Source of the DNA: Candidatus Multivoradales bacterium
Lineage (GTDB): Bacteria > Acidobacteriota > Thermoanaerobaculia > Multivoradales > JAHEKO01
Direction: 5' to 3'
Length of the DNA stretch: 64,000 bases
NCBI GenBank assembly: GCA_965223155.1
Contig: CBDCVR010000015.1
Coordinates: 352,001-416,000, forward strand
Both the position numbers and the translations under genes were made by a program. The notes beneath the pieces were generated by a model that saw nothing but the letters and a program-made list of their open reading frames with translations, did not search any database and had not been told where the DNA came from. Position 1 is the first letter of the stretch. The number at the start of each line of letters is the position of its first letter. Below are positions 31,609 to 40,752 of this stretch, one piece after another.

Positions 31609-34356
31609 CTATTGAACGTAGCCAAGTGCTCGGAGATTCTGGCGCAAGGCAGCATCCTCGACTACCGTCTTCGGCGACCAATTCGCGCTGCGACCCTGCC
31701 AGATCGCCAGGATTCCGGTTTCTGGTTGCTGTCCGCCCAGCCCGACGGAGTGCCAACGTCCACCATCCCATGAGACACCGACCCCATGGCTGAATTCTTC
31801 AGGCCGAATCTCGAATTCCAAGGTTGTCTCCCCATTGCCCCCCCCTTCAGCGAGAGAAGCAGTGATCGAAACCTTCTCATTTCCGATGTCCTCGATCAAG
31901 AGATCGTAGTTCACTCCCGGCGGCACCGAGAAGCTCACCGCCTGACTAGAGGACGAAGACGGGCTGACGCAAGCACATGGAAGGTTGCTACTCTTGAGCG
32001 TATAGAGACTCAACGCGGCGTTCCTGATCTCCCCTCTAACGCTAGATTCAGAACTGTTCGACATCCGAATGAGCAGGCCGGGAACTCGGCTGAGCTGCTG
32101 CCGCGCCTCCAATCGTGACCGATCGGTAGGCTGCCGATTTGCCAGATTCTGAGACTCTTCGGGGTCGACACTCAAATCATAGAGTTCCTGCCTGCCATGC
32201 AACGGCCACCACGAAGTGTTGTAAAAAATGTACTTGATCCGGTTCTTGTACCGAAGACTGATGCCATAGTTCGTGTTCGCCGCATACGTCCATGCAGCGC
32301 CAGGTGGCGTACGTTGGCCTCCTCCAACAAGGGAAAGCAGAGAGACACCTTCAACGCCCCACGGCGATTCGACATCAAGAAGCTCAAGGAGCGTGGGTAG
32401 AATATCGATAGAGCGAACCTGTTCCGTTATCACCTTCCCTCTCGGCAACTCCGAGGGATACGCGATGATCAGAGGGACCAGGATGTCGTGATCGTAGACG
32501 TGACCATGCCCTCGTTGTGAGTGTTCGCCGAGAGCCTCTCCATGGTCGGAAGTCAAGATCACGACAGTCTTGTCTTCTAGGTCAAGTTCTCGCATTGTAC
32601 GAAATAGTTTTCCGACCTGATCATCCGCAAAGGCAATGCCACTGTCGTACAGATCGGTCGTAAGTCTTTGCGCATCGTCCCCGGCAAAGTATCCAGCAGC
32701 TTCTTCGCCGAGCGTCACCCACCGGTGCAAGGCTGAAAGCTGACCTTGCCGAGCCTGCGCAGGGACGGGTTCGATTCGAACGCCGGCCAGTCCGGGCGGC
32801 GCTGAATCGTTGAAACTCGAAAAGTATGGCTCGCGCCGGCGATACGGAGCGTGGACCTCATACGTGTGAAGAAAGAGAAAGAACGGCCGTCCTTCCTGGC
32901 TAGACAGCCATGCCCGAGCTCGACTGAAGATCTCCTCAGCTTCGCTTTCGCCTCGGCCGGTAGGGGGGTAGTAGTACTCATCAAATCCCTTGGTGAATCG
33001 ATATCTAGGATGAAGAAAACCACCCCCGGTCAGTGCTGCGGTGACGTAACCCTCCGACCTGAGAATCTCTGCCAGCATTTTGGGGCGCTCCATCTGGCCG
33101 AGATGATCCACACCGTGAGTCAAAGCGTCTTGCCCACTGAAGATGGAGACATGAGACGGAAGGGTCCATGGAGCTGACGCAACTGCGGACTGGAAGTTCA
33201 CACCACTCCTATCAGCCCATGCGTCGATATTGGGAGAGGTCTTCCTGGAGTACCCATTTAGCGACAGATGATCTGCCCTAAGTGTGTCCAACGAAATCAG
33301 AATCACGTTCGGCCGAGTCTTACGGAGGCTGTCCGGTACGACGCGAGGATTTCCCCAGGCCGCAAGTCCCCTTGTCAGCCCATCGGGAAGGGTCGAGTCT
33401 GTCTCCATTGTTATGGTCGCAATCTCTCCGCCATACGTCGACAAATCGACCTCTTGCGCTACCCAATCGCTGGCCTGGCCCGTCGGGCTGCGGCCGAGAG
33501 TCCTTCGGAATAACAGTTCTTGGGGGCCATCGCCACGTCGTGCCCAGACCTTCACTACGGGATCCCCTATCGTCAATTCAGGTCCTACGGCTCGCCCCGT
33601 TGTGACTCCTACATACCTCGCGTGGTCCCATTTCAACGAGGCTCGCTCCGGAAGGTCAAGCGTCCACTCACGAACCCTCCCAGCAGGACTGACAAATCCG
33701 TTGCGGAGAGTGGTTCCGATTTTGATCTGCCACACCGTTTCTGTACGCTCGGAAAGCGCATCTGTGGCCAGCAAAGAGTGCCCTACGACGCTCCTCAGGG
33801 CAATCCGCTCGCCTCGAACGCTCGTGGGATCGAGACGGAGGGTAGCCACCGACGAGGACCAGTGGGGGGAGCTAGACACAGGGAAGATGAACGCAGTAAA
33901 GCCTTGCTCCGCAGCTCTTGACTGCGTGGCGAACATCCCCCGTTCTGAAGAAAAGCCTTCGCCTTCCGAGGCCCAGAATATCTGGGGGCGACCTTTGGCC
34001 GCGCCATTCAGCACAACCTCGATCGCATCCACCATCCGAGTGTCAAAATCCGTGTGACGCCAGATCTGCGGATCGTCCGAAGACGAGGAAAGGGTGAGAC
34101 GACCTCCGCTTACTTCCAGGTCACCGTCTACGTTGTGCACCTCCCACTTGGCCAGATCTCTATCGTCCACGAACGACCAGGAGAACACTTCGGCGCGACG
34201 AGTAACTCCTTCGAGAGAAAAGACTTCGGCTGGGGCTTCCGTCGCGAAACGCACTACTTGACTGGGCTCACCACCACAGGCCGACAAACCTCCCATGATG
34301 AGGAGAAGACACGCCGGCAGGGCTGAGGCAGGTTCTGTCTTCTGAAACACTGGCAA
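31609..34356 (-). CDS. Lipoprotein-like sulfatase-like hydrolase/transferase with N-terminal beta-sandwich domains
   Basis: LSAC lipobox; LRLDP; PNVILISLDTLRADHL, WTLPSH, TSDHGE; C-terminal LRALGYVQ. Confidence 0.85.
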   Translation of the reverse strand: MPVFQKTEPASALPACLLLIMGGLSACGGEPSQVVRFATEAPAEVFSLEGVTRRAEVFSWSFVDDRDLAKWEVHNVDGDLEVSGGRLTLSSSSDDPQIWRHTDFDTRMVDAIEVVLNGAAKGRPQIFWASEGEGFSSERGMFATQSRAAEQGFTAFIFPVSSSPHWSSSVATLRLDPTSVRGERIALRSVVGHSLLATDALSERTETVWQIKIGTTLRNGFVSPAGRVREWTLDLPERASLKWDHARYVGVTTGRAVGPELTIGDPVVKVWARRGDGPQELLFRRTLGRSPTGQASDWVAQEVDLSTYGGEIATITMETDSTLPDGLTRGLAAWGNPRVVPDSLRKTRPNVILISLDTLRADHLSLNGYSRKTSPNIDAWADRSGVNFQSAVASAPWTLPSHVSIFSGQDALTHGVDHLGQMERPKMLAEILRSEGYVTAALTGGGFLHPRYRFTKGFDEYYYPPTGRGESEAEEIFSRARAWLSSQEGRPFFLFLHTYEVHAPYRRREPYFSSFNDSAPPGLAGVRIEPVPAQARQGQLSALHRWVTLGEEAAGYFAGDDAQRLTTDLYDSGIAFADDQVGKLFRTMRELDLEDKTVVILTSDHGEALGEHSQRGHGHVYDHDILVPLIIAYPSELPRGKVITEQVRSIDILPTLLELLDVESPWGVEGVSLLSLVGGGQRTPPGAAWTYAANTNYGISLRYKNRIKYIFYNTSWWPLHGRQELYDLSVDPEESQNLANRQPTDRSRLEARQQLSRVPGLLIRMSNSSESSVRGEIRNAALSLYTLKSSNLPCACVSPSSSSSQAVSFSVPPGVNYDLLIEDIGNEKVSITASLAEGGGNGETTLEFEIRPEEFSHGVGVSWDGGRWHSVGLGGQQPETGILAIWQGRSANWSPKTVVEDAALRQNLRALGYVQ

Positions 34357-34371
34357 ACTGAAACTGCATAC

Positions 34372-34408
34372 AGAAGAGCCTGGCCTTTGTCAAAGGCCAG
34401 GCTCTTCT
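34372..34408. terminator. Strong hairpin, probable terminator after fibre-like gene 3
   Basis: Perfect 18-bp inverted repeat agaagagcctggcctttg-t-caaaggccaggctcttct. Confidence 0.75.
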
Positions 34409-34432
34409 TGTCTCAATATCTTGACGAGGGAC

Positions 34433-35623
34433 TTACTCTTCTCCCGCCCCTACAGACACGTCATCGAGTCGCCTGCTGAGATCCTCGATGGTCGCCTGCT
34501 GTTGAAGTGTGTACAGAGTAAGCTCTTCGATCTTCTCGAGCATTGCAAAACTCAGCTTGCGAAGATTTACACCGTTGGCATCGATTTCCGCGCCGCTAGG
34601 AACGTTAGGTAGGTGCTTGTTTTCCTCAATGAAGGACTCGAGATCTGCAAGACTCCGTAGCGAGTACTCTGGCTCGAAAACGTAGTCAGGAGTGCACCCA
34701 CCACCACCAGCCACGTCGGAACAGTTCCCCGCAGCCAAGGTGAGGTCACCATCAGGACTCAGGGACAACTCAATATCGCCGTCGCTCGTGTCCACAAAAT
34801 TGAAGAGGCCGCCATTTGTCACCGAGAACCTCCATGTCTGAGAGGCGGTGTTGTTGGTGATGTCGAATCGCGCGATCGCTCCACCTTCTAGGTGCATGAG
34901 TGTAGCATTCCCCCCGCCGGCGTCTTCGACGTGCAACTGCGCCGTACCATCCGTCCTCCTCACATGCACCGACGCATCCGGACTCGCGGTCCCGATACCC
35001 ACGTTGCCGCTTCCCGCCAGGTCGATCGCGCTGGTGGGCGCGCCGGGGCGGATGCGGAAGGGCAGGCTCGAACCGTTGGAAACGTCGCGGATGAAGTAGT
35101 TGGTCTCGTTGCCGGCAACGTCCCAGATCTGAGGCGCGAAGCCGGAGGTGCCGTCCTGCTCGAGGCGCAGGGTGGGCGTGTCGCCGGACTTGATGTGCAC
35201 TTCCACGACGGGCGTGCTCGTGCCGATACCGATCCTGCCGCCATCATCGACATAGAGCGAGTGCGACCGCGCGTTGGCCTCGACCGTGAAGGGGGTCCTG
35301 CCGCCGGTGATGTCGTCGATCGAGAACTTGTTGGCGCCGCCGTTGGCGGAGTCGTTCGCGGTTAGCTGCCAGTCGTTCCGTGGAAAGCTGGCCGCGGTGC
35401 TGGTGTCGTCGAACTTGATCCGTAGGTTGTTCTCCTTGAGACGGATCGTGTCGAAACCGAAACTCTCACCGTTGACACAGTCAAACCCGACACAAGCCGA
35501 GCCGTCGATGATGACGTCGTCCAAGTGCACGATGTCGGCCGAGGCGGGCGCACCCGGAGCCAGGGCCAACGCGAAAAGGCCGAAAGCGGCCGAGATCCAC
35601 AGCGTTCCTTGTAGTTGCTTCAT
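34433..35623 (-). CDS. Secreted fibre-like protein 3
   Basis: AAGGAG RBS; signal peptide; GSACVGFDC..IRLKENNLRIKFDD; GRIGIGTSTP and GNVGIGTASP repeats; PDYVFEPEY..HLPNVPS..LEKIEELTLYTLQQ. Confidence 0.85.
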   Translation of the reverse strand: MKQLQGTLWISAAFGLFALALAPGAPASADIVHLDDVIIDGSACVGFDCVNGESFGFDTIRLKENNLRIKFDDTSTAASFPRNDWQLTANDSANGGANKFSIDDITGGRTPFTVEANARSHSLYVDDGGRIGIGTSTPVVEVHIKSGDTPTLRLEQDGTSGFAPQIWDVAGNETNYFIRDVSNGSSLPFRIRPGAPTSAIDLAGSGNVGIGTASPDASVHVRRTDGTAQLHVEDAGGGNATLMHLEGGAIARFDITNNTASQTWRFSVTNGGLFNFVDTSDGDIELSLSPDGDLTLAAGNCSDVAGGGGCTPDYVFEPEYSLRSLADLESFIEENKHLPNVPSGAEIDANGVNLRKLSFAMLEKIEELTLYTLQQQATIEDLSRRLDDVSVGAGEE

Positions 35624-35635
35624 TGCTTCGTCTCC

Positions 35636-36463
35636 TTATCGGTTGTCTGGCGTATTGTTCGAATCAGACACCGGCCGGTGCTCGGGGGAATGCCCCAGCG
35701 CCAGCGCGGTCTCGTCGTTGTCTCCGGAGGATGCCCGGTCGGCCTGAGCGAGTCCACCAGCAGCCTGCTGTACCTGAGCCGCCGGCGTGGTAAAGACCTC
35801 GACCGCACCGGCCGCGACCTCGTCATCGCTGTCGCCGGCCGGCCCACGTGGCGCGGACGCACCGGGCGCCGAACCACCGGCAAGCTCGATCCCCGACGAG
35901 CCTTCCAGGCTTGCCGGCGGACCGGCTTCCCGCATGGGCAGCGGCTCCTGGACCGAAGGATCGACGGCAAAGCCGTTCACGATCGCAAACGTGCCGTTCT
36001 GGCTGCCCGGAACCGCGGCTCCAAAGACCTCCAGGCCGTTTTTCCTCGCCGATGCTTCGATCCGAAGCTGCTTAGCGACCTCGGGATCGTGGATATAGGA
36101 AAGCTCCCAGGTATAGGTGCCGTCCGGGAACGGTTGACCGGAATCGTCCACGACGTTCACGATCGGCGTCTCTCCTCTGCCGAAGACCTGCCGATAGATC
36201 TGGCCGGGACCCGAAATGGTCAGGACCGCGCGCGCAAAACCAAAATTGGGCACGATCTGGACGCCGTTCGGATGTACGAAGACGTCGGCCTGGGGACCGG
36301 CCCCGGCTCCGAGAACCGGAGCTCCCAGAAGAAGAGCCGCCAGGAGCGCCATTGCAGCCAGTGGAACCCGTGGAGTCCGTAGAGCCAGGGCCCGGTTGGT
36401 GGACCGAATTGGTGAAGATCTCAAGGCTGTTCTCCTTTCGAACTGGGAGTCTGTCGATTCCAT
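35636..36463 (-). CDS. Secreted hypothetical protein with low-complexity acidic tail
   Basis: Hydrophobic signal-like stretch; LTISGPG, PDGTYTWEL, QNGTFAI; 12-15 nt gaps to both neighbours. Confidence 0.7.
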   Translation of the reverse strand: MESTDSQFERRTALRSSPIRSTNRALALRTPRVPLAAMALLAALLLGAPVLGAGAGPQADVFVHPNGVQIVPNFGFARAVLTISGPGQIYRQVFGRGETPIVNVVDDSGQPFPDGTYTWELSYIHDPEVAKQLRIEASARKNGLEVFGAAVPGSQNGTFAIVNGFAVDPSVQEPLPMREAGPPASLEGSSGIELAGGSAPGASAPRGPAGDSDDEVAAGAVEVFTTPAAQVQQAAGGLAQADRASSGDNDETALALGHSPEHRPVSDSNNTPDNR

Positions 36464-36478
36464 TCTAGCCGCCCCTCG

Positions 36479-39400
36479 CTACTGCTCGGGATCGAAGGTG
36501 GCGGTGCAGCTGGTGGCGCCGCTGACCGTGACGCTGGTCACCGCGCCGCCGGTACAGGCACCGCTCCAGCCGGCGAAGACCGAACCCGGATCGGCGCGGG
36601 CGGCAAGCGATACCACGGTGCCGTCGTCAAAGTCGGCTTCGCAGTCGCTTCCGCAGGCGATCCCAGCCGGCCGGCTGGTGACGCTCCCCACCCCGGCTCC
36701 CGCCAGAACGATGGTGAGCGTTGACTGGTTCGTAAGCTGAGTGAAGGTCGCCGTGCAGGTCGCGTTGACCACTCCGTCGAGCTCGCCGTCGGCGCAGTCG
36801 GCGTCGCCGCCGAAGCCGTCGAACGAGAACCCGGCATCGGGCACCGCCGACAGGACGATTCGGGTGTTCTGGAAGATGAACGAGCAGACCGCGCCGCAGT
36901 CGATGCCGGCGGGATCGCTGGTGACGACACCACCACCCGAGTTGTTGATCGTGATGGTGACCGGATCGCCTTGCGGCGGCGGCGCGTCATCGAAGGTCGC
37001 CGTACAGGTCTTGTCTCCATCCGGAACCAGGGATCCGTCCAAGCAGTCGGCGTCGCCGCCGAAGCCCAGGAAGATCGAATCGGCTCCCGGAATCGCCGCC
37101 AGCTGAATCGGCGCATCGGTGGGGAACGACGCCGTACAGGTCGAGCCGCAGTCGATGCCCGCCGGCGTGCTGACGACGCTGCCCGAGGACGCTCCAAGCG
37201 TGGTGACGCTCGAGATGGTCACGTTGATCGTGGCCGGAATGATCTGGATGAAGACGGTCGCCGTGTCGCAAAGCGACGGGGTCCCGTCATCGCAGACCTC
37301 GTAGTCGAACTGGTCGGTGGCGACCTGGTCGTCGGTATTGGTGTAGCTGAACGTGCCGTTGGCGTTCAAGGTGACGTTACCCGCCGACGGGCCGGAAACC
37401 GGCGTCGTCGTCAGGCTCAGATTGTCGCCGTTGGCGTCCGTGTCGTTGGCGAGGAGACTCGTGGTCACGCCATCGATCAAAGTCGTGGCGGTGCCCAGCG
37501 GGTCAACCCGGATGGTGTCGGCCTGGGCCGACGGGGGATCGTTCTCGGACTCGACGCCGCCGTTGATGGCGACGATCGCCGTGTCGCACAGAACCGGAAC
37601 GCCGTCGTCGCAGACCTGGAAGACGAACTGATCGGGCAGATCGTCGCCACTGGCGGGAGCGTAGGTCACGCTGGCGCTGGTCGAGGTCAGCGGCGTGACC
37701 GCGCTCATCGCGCCCTCACACGGTCCCGGGCCGTCCGGACAGGCCGGAGGCGCCAGGATCGCAAAGGTCAGGTTGTCGCCATCGGGATCGCTTCCGGTCA
37801 TCGTCACGACGATCGGTGTCACGCCCGCGGTGGCCACCGCTTGCTCGTCCGCCTGCGGCGGGTTGTTGAGCGGTTCCTCGCTGTTGATGGTGACGATACC
37901 GGTCGCGCACTTGACCGGCGCTCCCTGATCGCACACCTGGAAGACGAACGTATCCGGATCGCCGGGATTGTTGGGCGTATAGGTCACGCTGACGCTGGCA
38001 AGATCGCTGGCGGGGAGACCCGCAAGCCCTCCGGCCAAGGGGCCGCTGACCAGCGAGAAGTCCAGAATCGTGCCTTCCGGATCGCTGCCCGACAGGACGA
38101 TGACCTCGGAAGCCGCGGCCGTCGTGACGCTCTGCGAGTTCGCGATCGGCGGGTTGTGGAAGGTATTGACGGTGATGGTCACCGTGGCCTGATCGCACAG
38201 GCCGCCGTCGTCGCAGGCTTCGTAGACAAAGTTCCCGGTGCCGGTGCTGCCGTCGCCGGAAGGCAGGAAGGTGATCTCGGCTCCGGCCGGTGGTAGCGGC
38301 GTCAGAACAGAGAGCGAACCGATCGCCGGATTGCTGAACCCACTCACGATCGAGTAGCCAAGCGGGTCGTTTTCGGCGTCCGTGCCGCTCAGGTCAATCA
38401 CGATCAGGGTCACGGTGTCGGTGGTGAGGTTCTGATCGTTGACGACCGGTGGATCGTTGATCCCGCTGATGGTCATGGTGACCGTGCCGGTGTCGCAAAG
38501 GACCGTCGGATCGTCGGCACCGTCTCCGGTGTCGCACGCGGTATAGGTAAAGGTGTCGTTGGCGCTCTCGCCGGTGTCCAAGTACTCGAACTGTCCGGCG
38601 GGATCGTAGGTCACGTCGCTGCCGTTATTGGTCACGGTGCCGCCGCTGGTGCCCTGGGTCACCGATCCCACGTTCAGGACCTGGCTCTCGTTCAAGGGCC
38701 CCGCGCTGTCGTTGGCCAGCACGTTGACGTTGGTCGCCGTGTCTTCGTCCGTTGCCCCGGCGTCGTCGCCGGCGATCGGCGGATCGTTGACCGAGGTCAC
38801 GGTCACGGTGAACTGCTGGGTCGTCGTGTCGATACCGCCGTTGGCTGTGCCGCCCGAATCCATGACCGTGACGGTGATCACCGCCGAGCCGTACTGGTCG
38901 GCCACCGGGGTGAAGTCGAGAGTCCCGGTCGCGTCCGGCGAGGCATAGGTCACGGTCGGATGCGGAATCAGAGCCGTGTTGTCGCTCGAAGCCGTCACCG
39001 TCAGCGGGAACTGCGGCGGCTGAGTCTCGTTGTTGAAGCCCGGAGCGTCTCCGCCCTGGGCGATGCCGGTCAGGTTGACCACCTGCGGGCCGGCATCTTC
39101 GTTGAGGGGCAGGTCCGCGGGATCGTCGAGCGTCGGCGGATCGTTGACCGGGGTTATCGAGATGCCAACCGTCGCGGTCGAGCACTTGACCGGAATCCCG
39201 TCGTCGCACACCTCATACACGAAGGCGTCGACGAAGTTCTCGGAGCCGTCGTGGGTGTAGCTGAAGGTTCCGTCGGCGTTCAGGATGACGGTGCCGAAAT
39301 CGGGGCCGGAAACCGCCGTGGTCGTCACCGTCAGGCTGTCTTGCGGGTTGGGATCCGAGTCATTGGCCAGAACACTTGCTTCGGTCGAATCCAAGACCGA

Positions 39401-40399
39401 TACGGTGCCGCCCTCGAGGACCGAAGCCGAATCGTCAACTGCGTCGGGAGCCTTCTGGAAAAAGCTGGCCAGGATGGTCAGGGCTCCGGTGTCCACCCAG
39501 ACGTCGCGGCCGATGAAGGCGCCGGTCGCGACCGAGTTCTTGTCGACCTTGATCGTGCCGTTGGGGGCGTAGATCGTGGCGTCGAGATCGCCCTGCTGGC
39601 CGTTTTCGGCGGCGGACGGGCTCGCCAGCGGCGTGCCGTCGCCGCCGTTGATGCCGGCCACGTAGATGATGATTGCGGTGGCATCGATCGTCGCCGTCGG
39701 ACTCGGGCCGACGACGCCGAACTTGCCGACGTCGTAGCGCTCGAGAACGCGCAGGTCGGTGGCGTCATCGAAGAGTACCGAGGCACTCTGGCCGACGGTT
39801 ACCGAGCGGACGTCGTAGACGCCGCCGGTAAGGACCAGGGTCGTTCCGTTGGCGAGGCTGACGTTGTTGTAGGCGCCGGGAGCCAGGGTCAGGGGTGAGT
39901 TGGCCGCGGTGACGACCACATCGCTCGCCCCCGGAACCGCGGTCTGAAACGGCGGCAGGGTCAGGGAGCCGGGCGCGCCCTGGCAGACGTGGGTCGCGGG
40001 CTTGTTCTTGTCTTCGATCTCGTTGCAGTAGACGTCCCCGGCTATGTCGCCGGTGCGGTTGATGAGAATGCTGTCGGCCATCGCCTCGACGGTGTTGCTA
40101 GAACCCGCTCCGAGCGTGCCATTGATCGAGGCGCCCTGCCCGAGGCTGAGCTCGACCCCACCGTCCAAGACCAGACCGTCCAGATTCTGCCCATTGACGA
40201 CGACGTCGCCACCGGGCGAGGAAGCATCGCCAACCTGGGCGTCGCGGTTCAGCCACACACTGTTGGTGGCGAGCACGGCGGCCCGGGACAGACCGGCGGG
40301 CTCAGCCGCTTCGGCCGCCGACGGCGGCAACATGGCCCCACCCAGGAGCACGATCCCAAGAGCCAAGATGGATAGCAAACGGCGGGAACGTCGTGTCAT
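36479..40399 (-). CDS. Large secreted adhesin-like protein: beta-helix head, cadherin/Big-like Ig repeats, three C-terminal InlB-B-like repeats
   Basis: ATG 40399 with signal peptide; ATIYAPNG..GAFIG; repeated VLANDSD, GTFSYT, F.YEVCDDG, NDPP; three S.PAGI.CG..C repeats. Confidence 0.85.
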   Translation of the reverse strand: MTRRSRRLLSILALGIVLLGGAMLPPSAAEAAEPAGLSRAAVLATNSVWLNRDAQVGDASSPGGDVVVNGQNLDGLVLDGGVELSLGQGASINGTLGAGSSNTVEAMADSILINRTGDIAGDVYCNEIEDKNKPATHVCQGAPGSLTLPPFQTAVPGASDVVVTAANSPLTLAPGAYNNVSLANGTTLVLTGGVYDVRSVTVGQSASVLFDDATDLRVLERYDVGKFGVVGPSPTATIDATAIIIYVAGINGGDGTPLASPSAAENGQQGDLDATIYAPNGTIKVDKNSVATGAFIGRDVWVDTGALTILASFFQKAPDAVDDSASVLEGGTVSVLDSTEASVLANDSDPNPQDSLTVTTTAVSGPDFGTVILNADGTFSYTHDGSENFVDAFVYEVCDDGIPVKCSTATVGISITPVNDPPTLDDPADLPLNEDAGPQVVNLTGIAQGGDAPGFNNETQPPQFPLTVTASSDNTALIPHPTVTYASPDATGTLDFTPVADQYGSAVITVTVMDSGGTANGGIDTTTQQFTVTVTSVNDPPIAGDDAGATDEDTATNVNVLANDSAGPLNESQVLNVGSVTQGTSGGTVTNNGSDVTYDPAGQFEYLDTGESANDTFTYTACDTGDGADDPTVLCDTGTVTMTISGINDPPVVNDQNLTTDTVTLIVIDLSGTDAENDPLGYSIVSGFSNPAIGSLSVLTPLPPAGAEITFLPSGDGSTGTGNFVYEACDDGGLCDQATVTITVNTFHNPPIANSQSVTTAAASEVIVLSGSDPEGTILDFSLVSGPLAGGLAGLPASDLASVSVTYTPNNPGDPDTFVFQVCDQGAPVKCATGIVTINSEEPLNNPPQADEQAVATAGVTPIVVTMTGSDPDGDNLTFAILAPPACPDGPGPCEGAMSAVTPLTSTSASVTYAPASGDDLPDQFVFQVCDDGVPVLCDTAIVAINGGVESENDPPSAQADTIRVDPLGTATTLIDGVTTSLLANDTDANGDNLSLTTTPVSGPSAGNVTLNANGTFSYTNTDDQVATDQFDYEVCDDGTPSLCDTATVFIQIIPATINVTISSVTTLGASSGSVVSTPAGIDCGSTCTASFPTDAPIQLAAIPGADSIFLGFGGDADCLDGSLVPDGDKTCTATFDDAPPPQGDPVTITINNSGGGVVTSDPAGIDCGAVCSFIFQNTRIVLSAVPDAGFSFDGFGGDADCADGELDGVVNATCTATFTQLTNQSTLTIVLAGAGVGSVTSRPAGIACGSDCEADFDDGTVVSLAARADPGSVFAGWSGACTGGAVTSVTVSGATSCTATFDPEQ

Positions 40400-40485
40400 A
40401 GCGGTAGTTCCTTTCTGATCAGCTCGCCTTTCGCGTCTCGTCGAGAGACCGGCCGGCCCGGTACGCTGGACGGCAGCCAAAACGC

Positions 40486-40515
40486 AAAGAGGGCGCCGTA
40501 CCCGACGCCCTCTTT
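40486..40515 (-). terminator. Terminator-like hairpin within the leader of the adhesin operon
   Basis: aaagagggcg / cgccctcttt stem followed by gcgtttt on the minus strand. Confidence 0.55.
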
Positions 40516-40627
40516 ACTTTCCAGAAGCCTTGAAGTCAGTTGTAGATCGTTGTTTCCCGTCACCAAATCACCCGCGCCAACCGGGCGCGACTCAACCGTC
40601 CGAAGACGTAATAAAAGTTGAAAGCTG

Positions 40628-40655
40628 ATTCTACTCGGAACTTGTTCCTTGTCAA
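40628..40655 (-). promoter_or_regulatory. Near-consensus sigma70 promoter for the adhesin/fibre operon
   Basis: TTGACA-N16-TAGAAT on the minus strand. Confidence 0.75.
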
Positions 40656-40752
40656 GGCCTAACCGCGAATCCGTGTGACGATACCGTCACGCCTGACCGG
40701 GCCCGGCTCGCGCACCCTCCGGAAAACGCCCGGAAAGCCTTCTGGGGCCGCC

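Noticed and set aside
31609-31611. Pyrrolysine or programmed read-through fusing the sulfatase-like gene to the methyltransferase
   Set aside because: LRALGYVQ is the normal family C-terminus, and an exported lipoprotein fused to a cytoplasmic SAM enzyme is implausible; kept only as a start-codon anomaly
18123-35623. Prophage or contractile injection system, suggested by the tail-fibre-like genes
   Set aside because: No capsid, sheath, tube, baseplate, terminase or integrase genes; the fibres have Sec signal peptides
40530-40570. GGAAACAACGAT in the adhesin leader as a c-di-GMP-II riboswitch
   Set aside because: Only a short resemblance; the remaining conserved elements and the pseudoknot were not found
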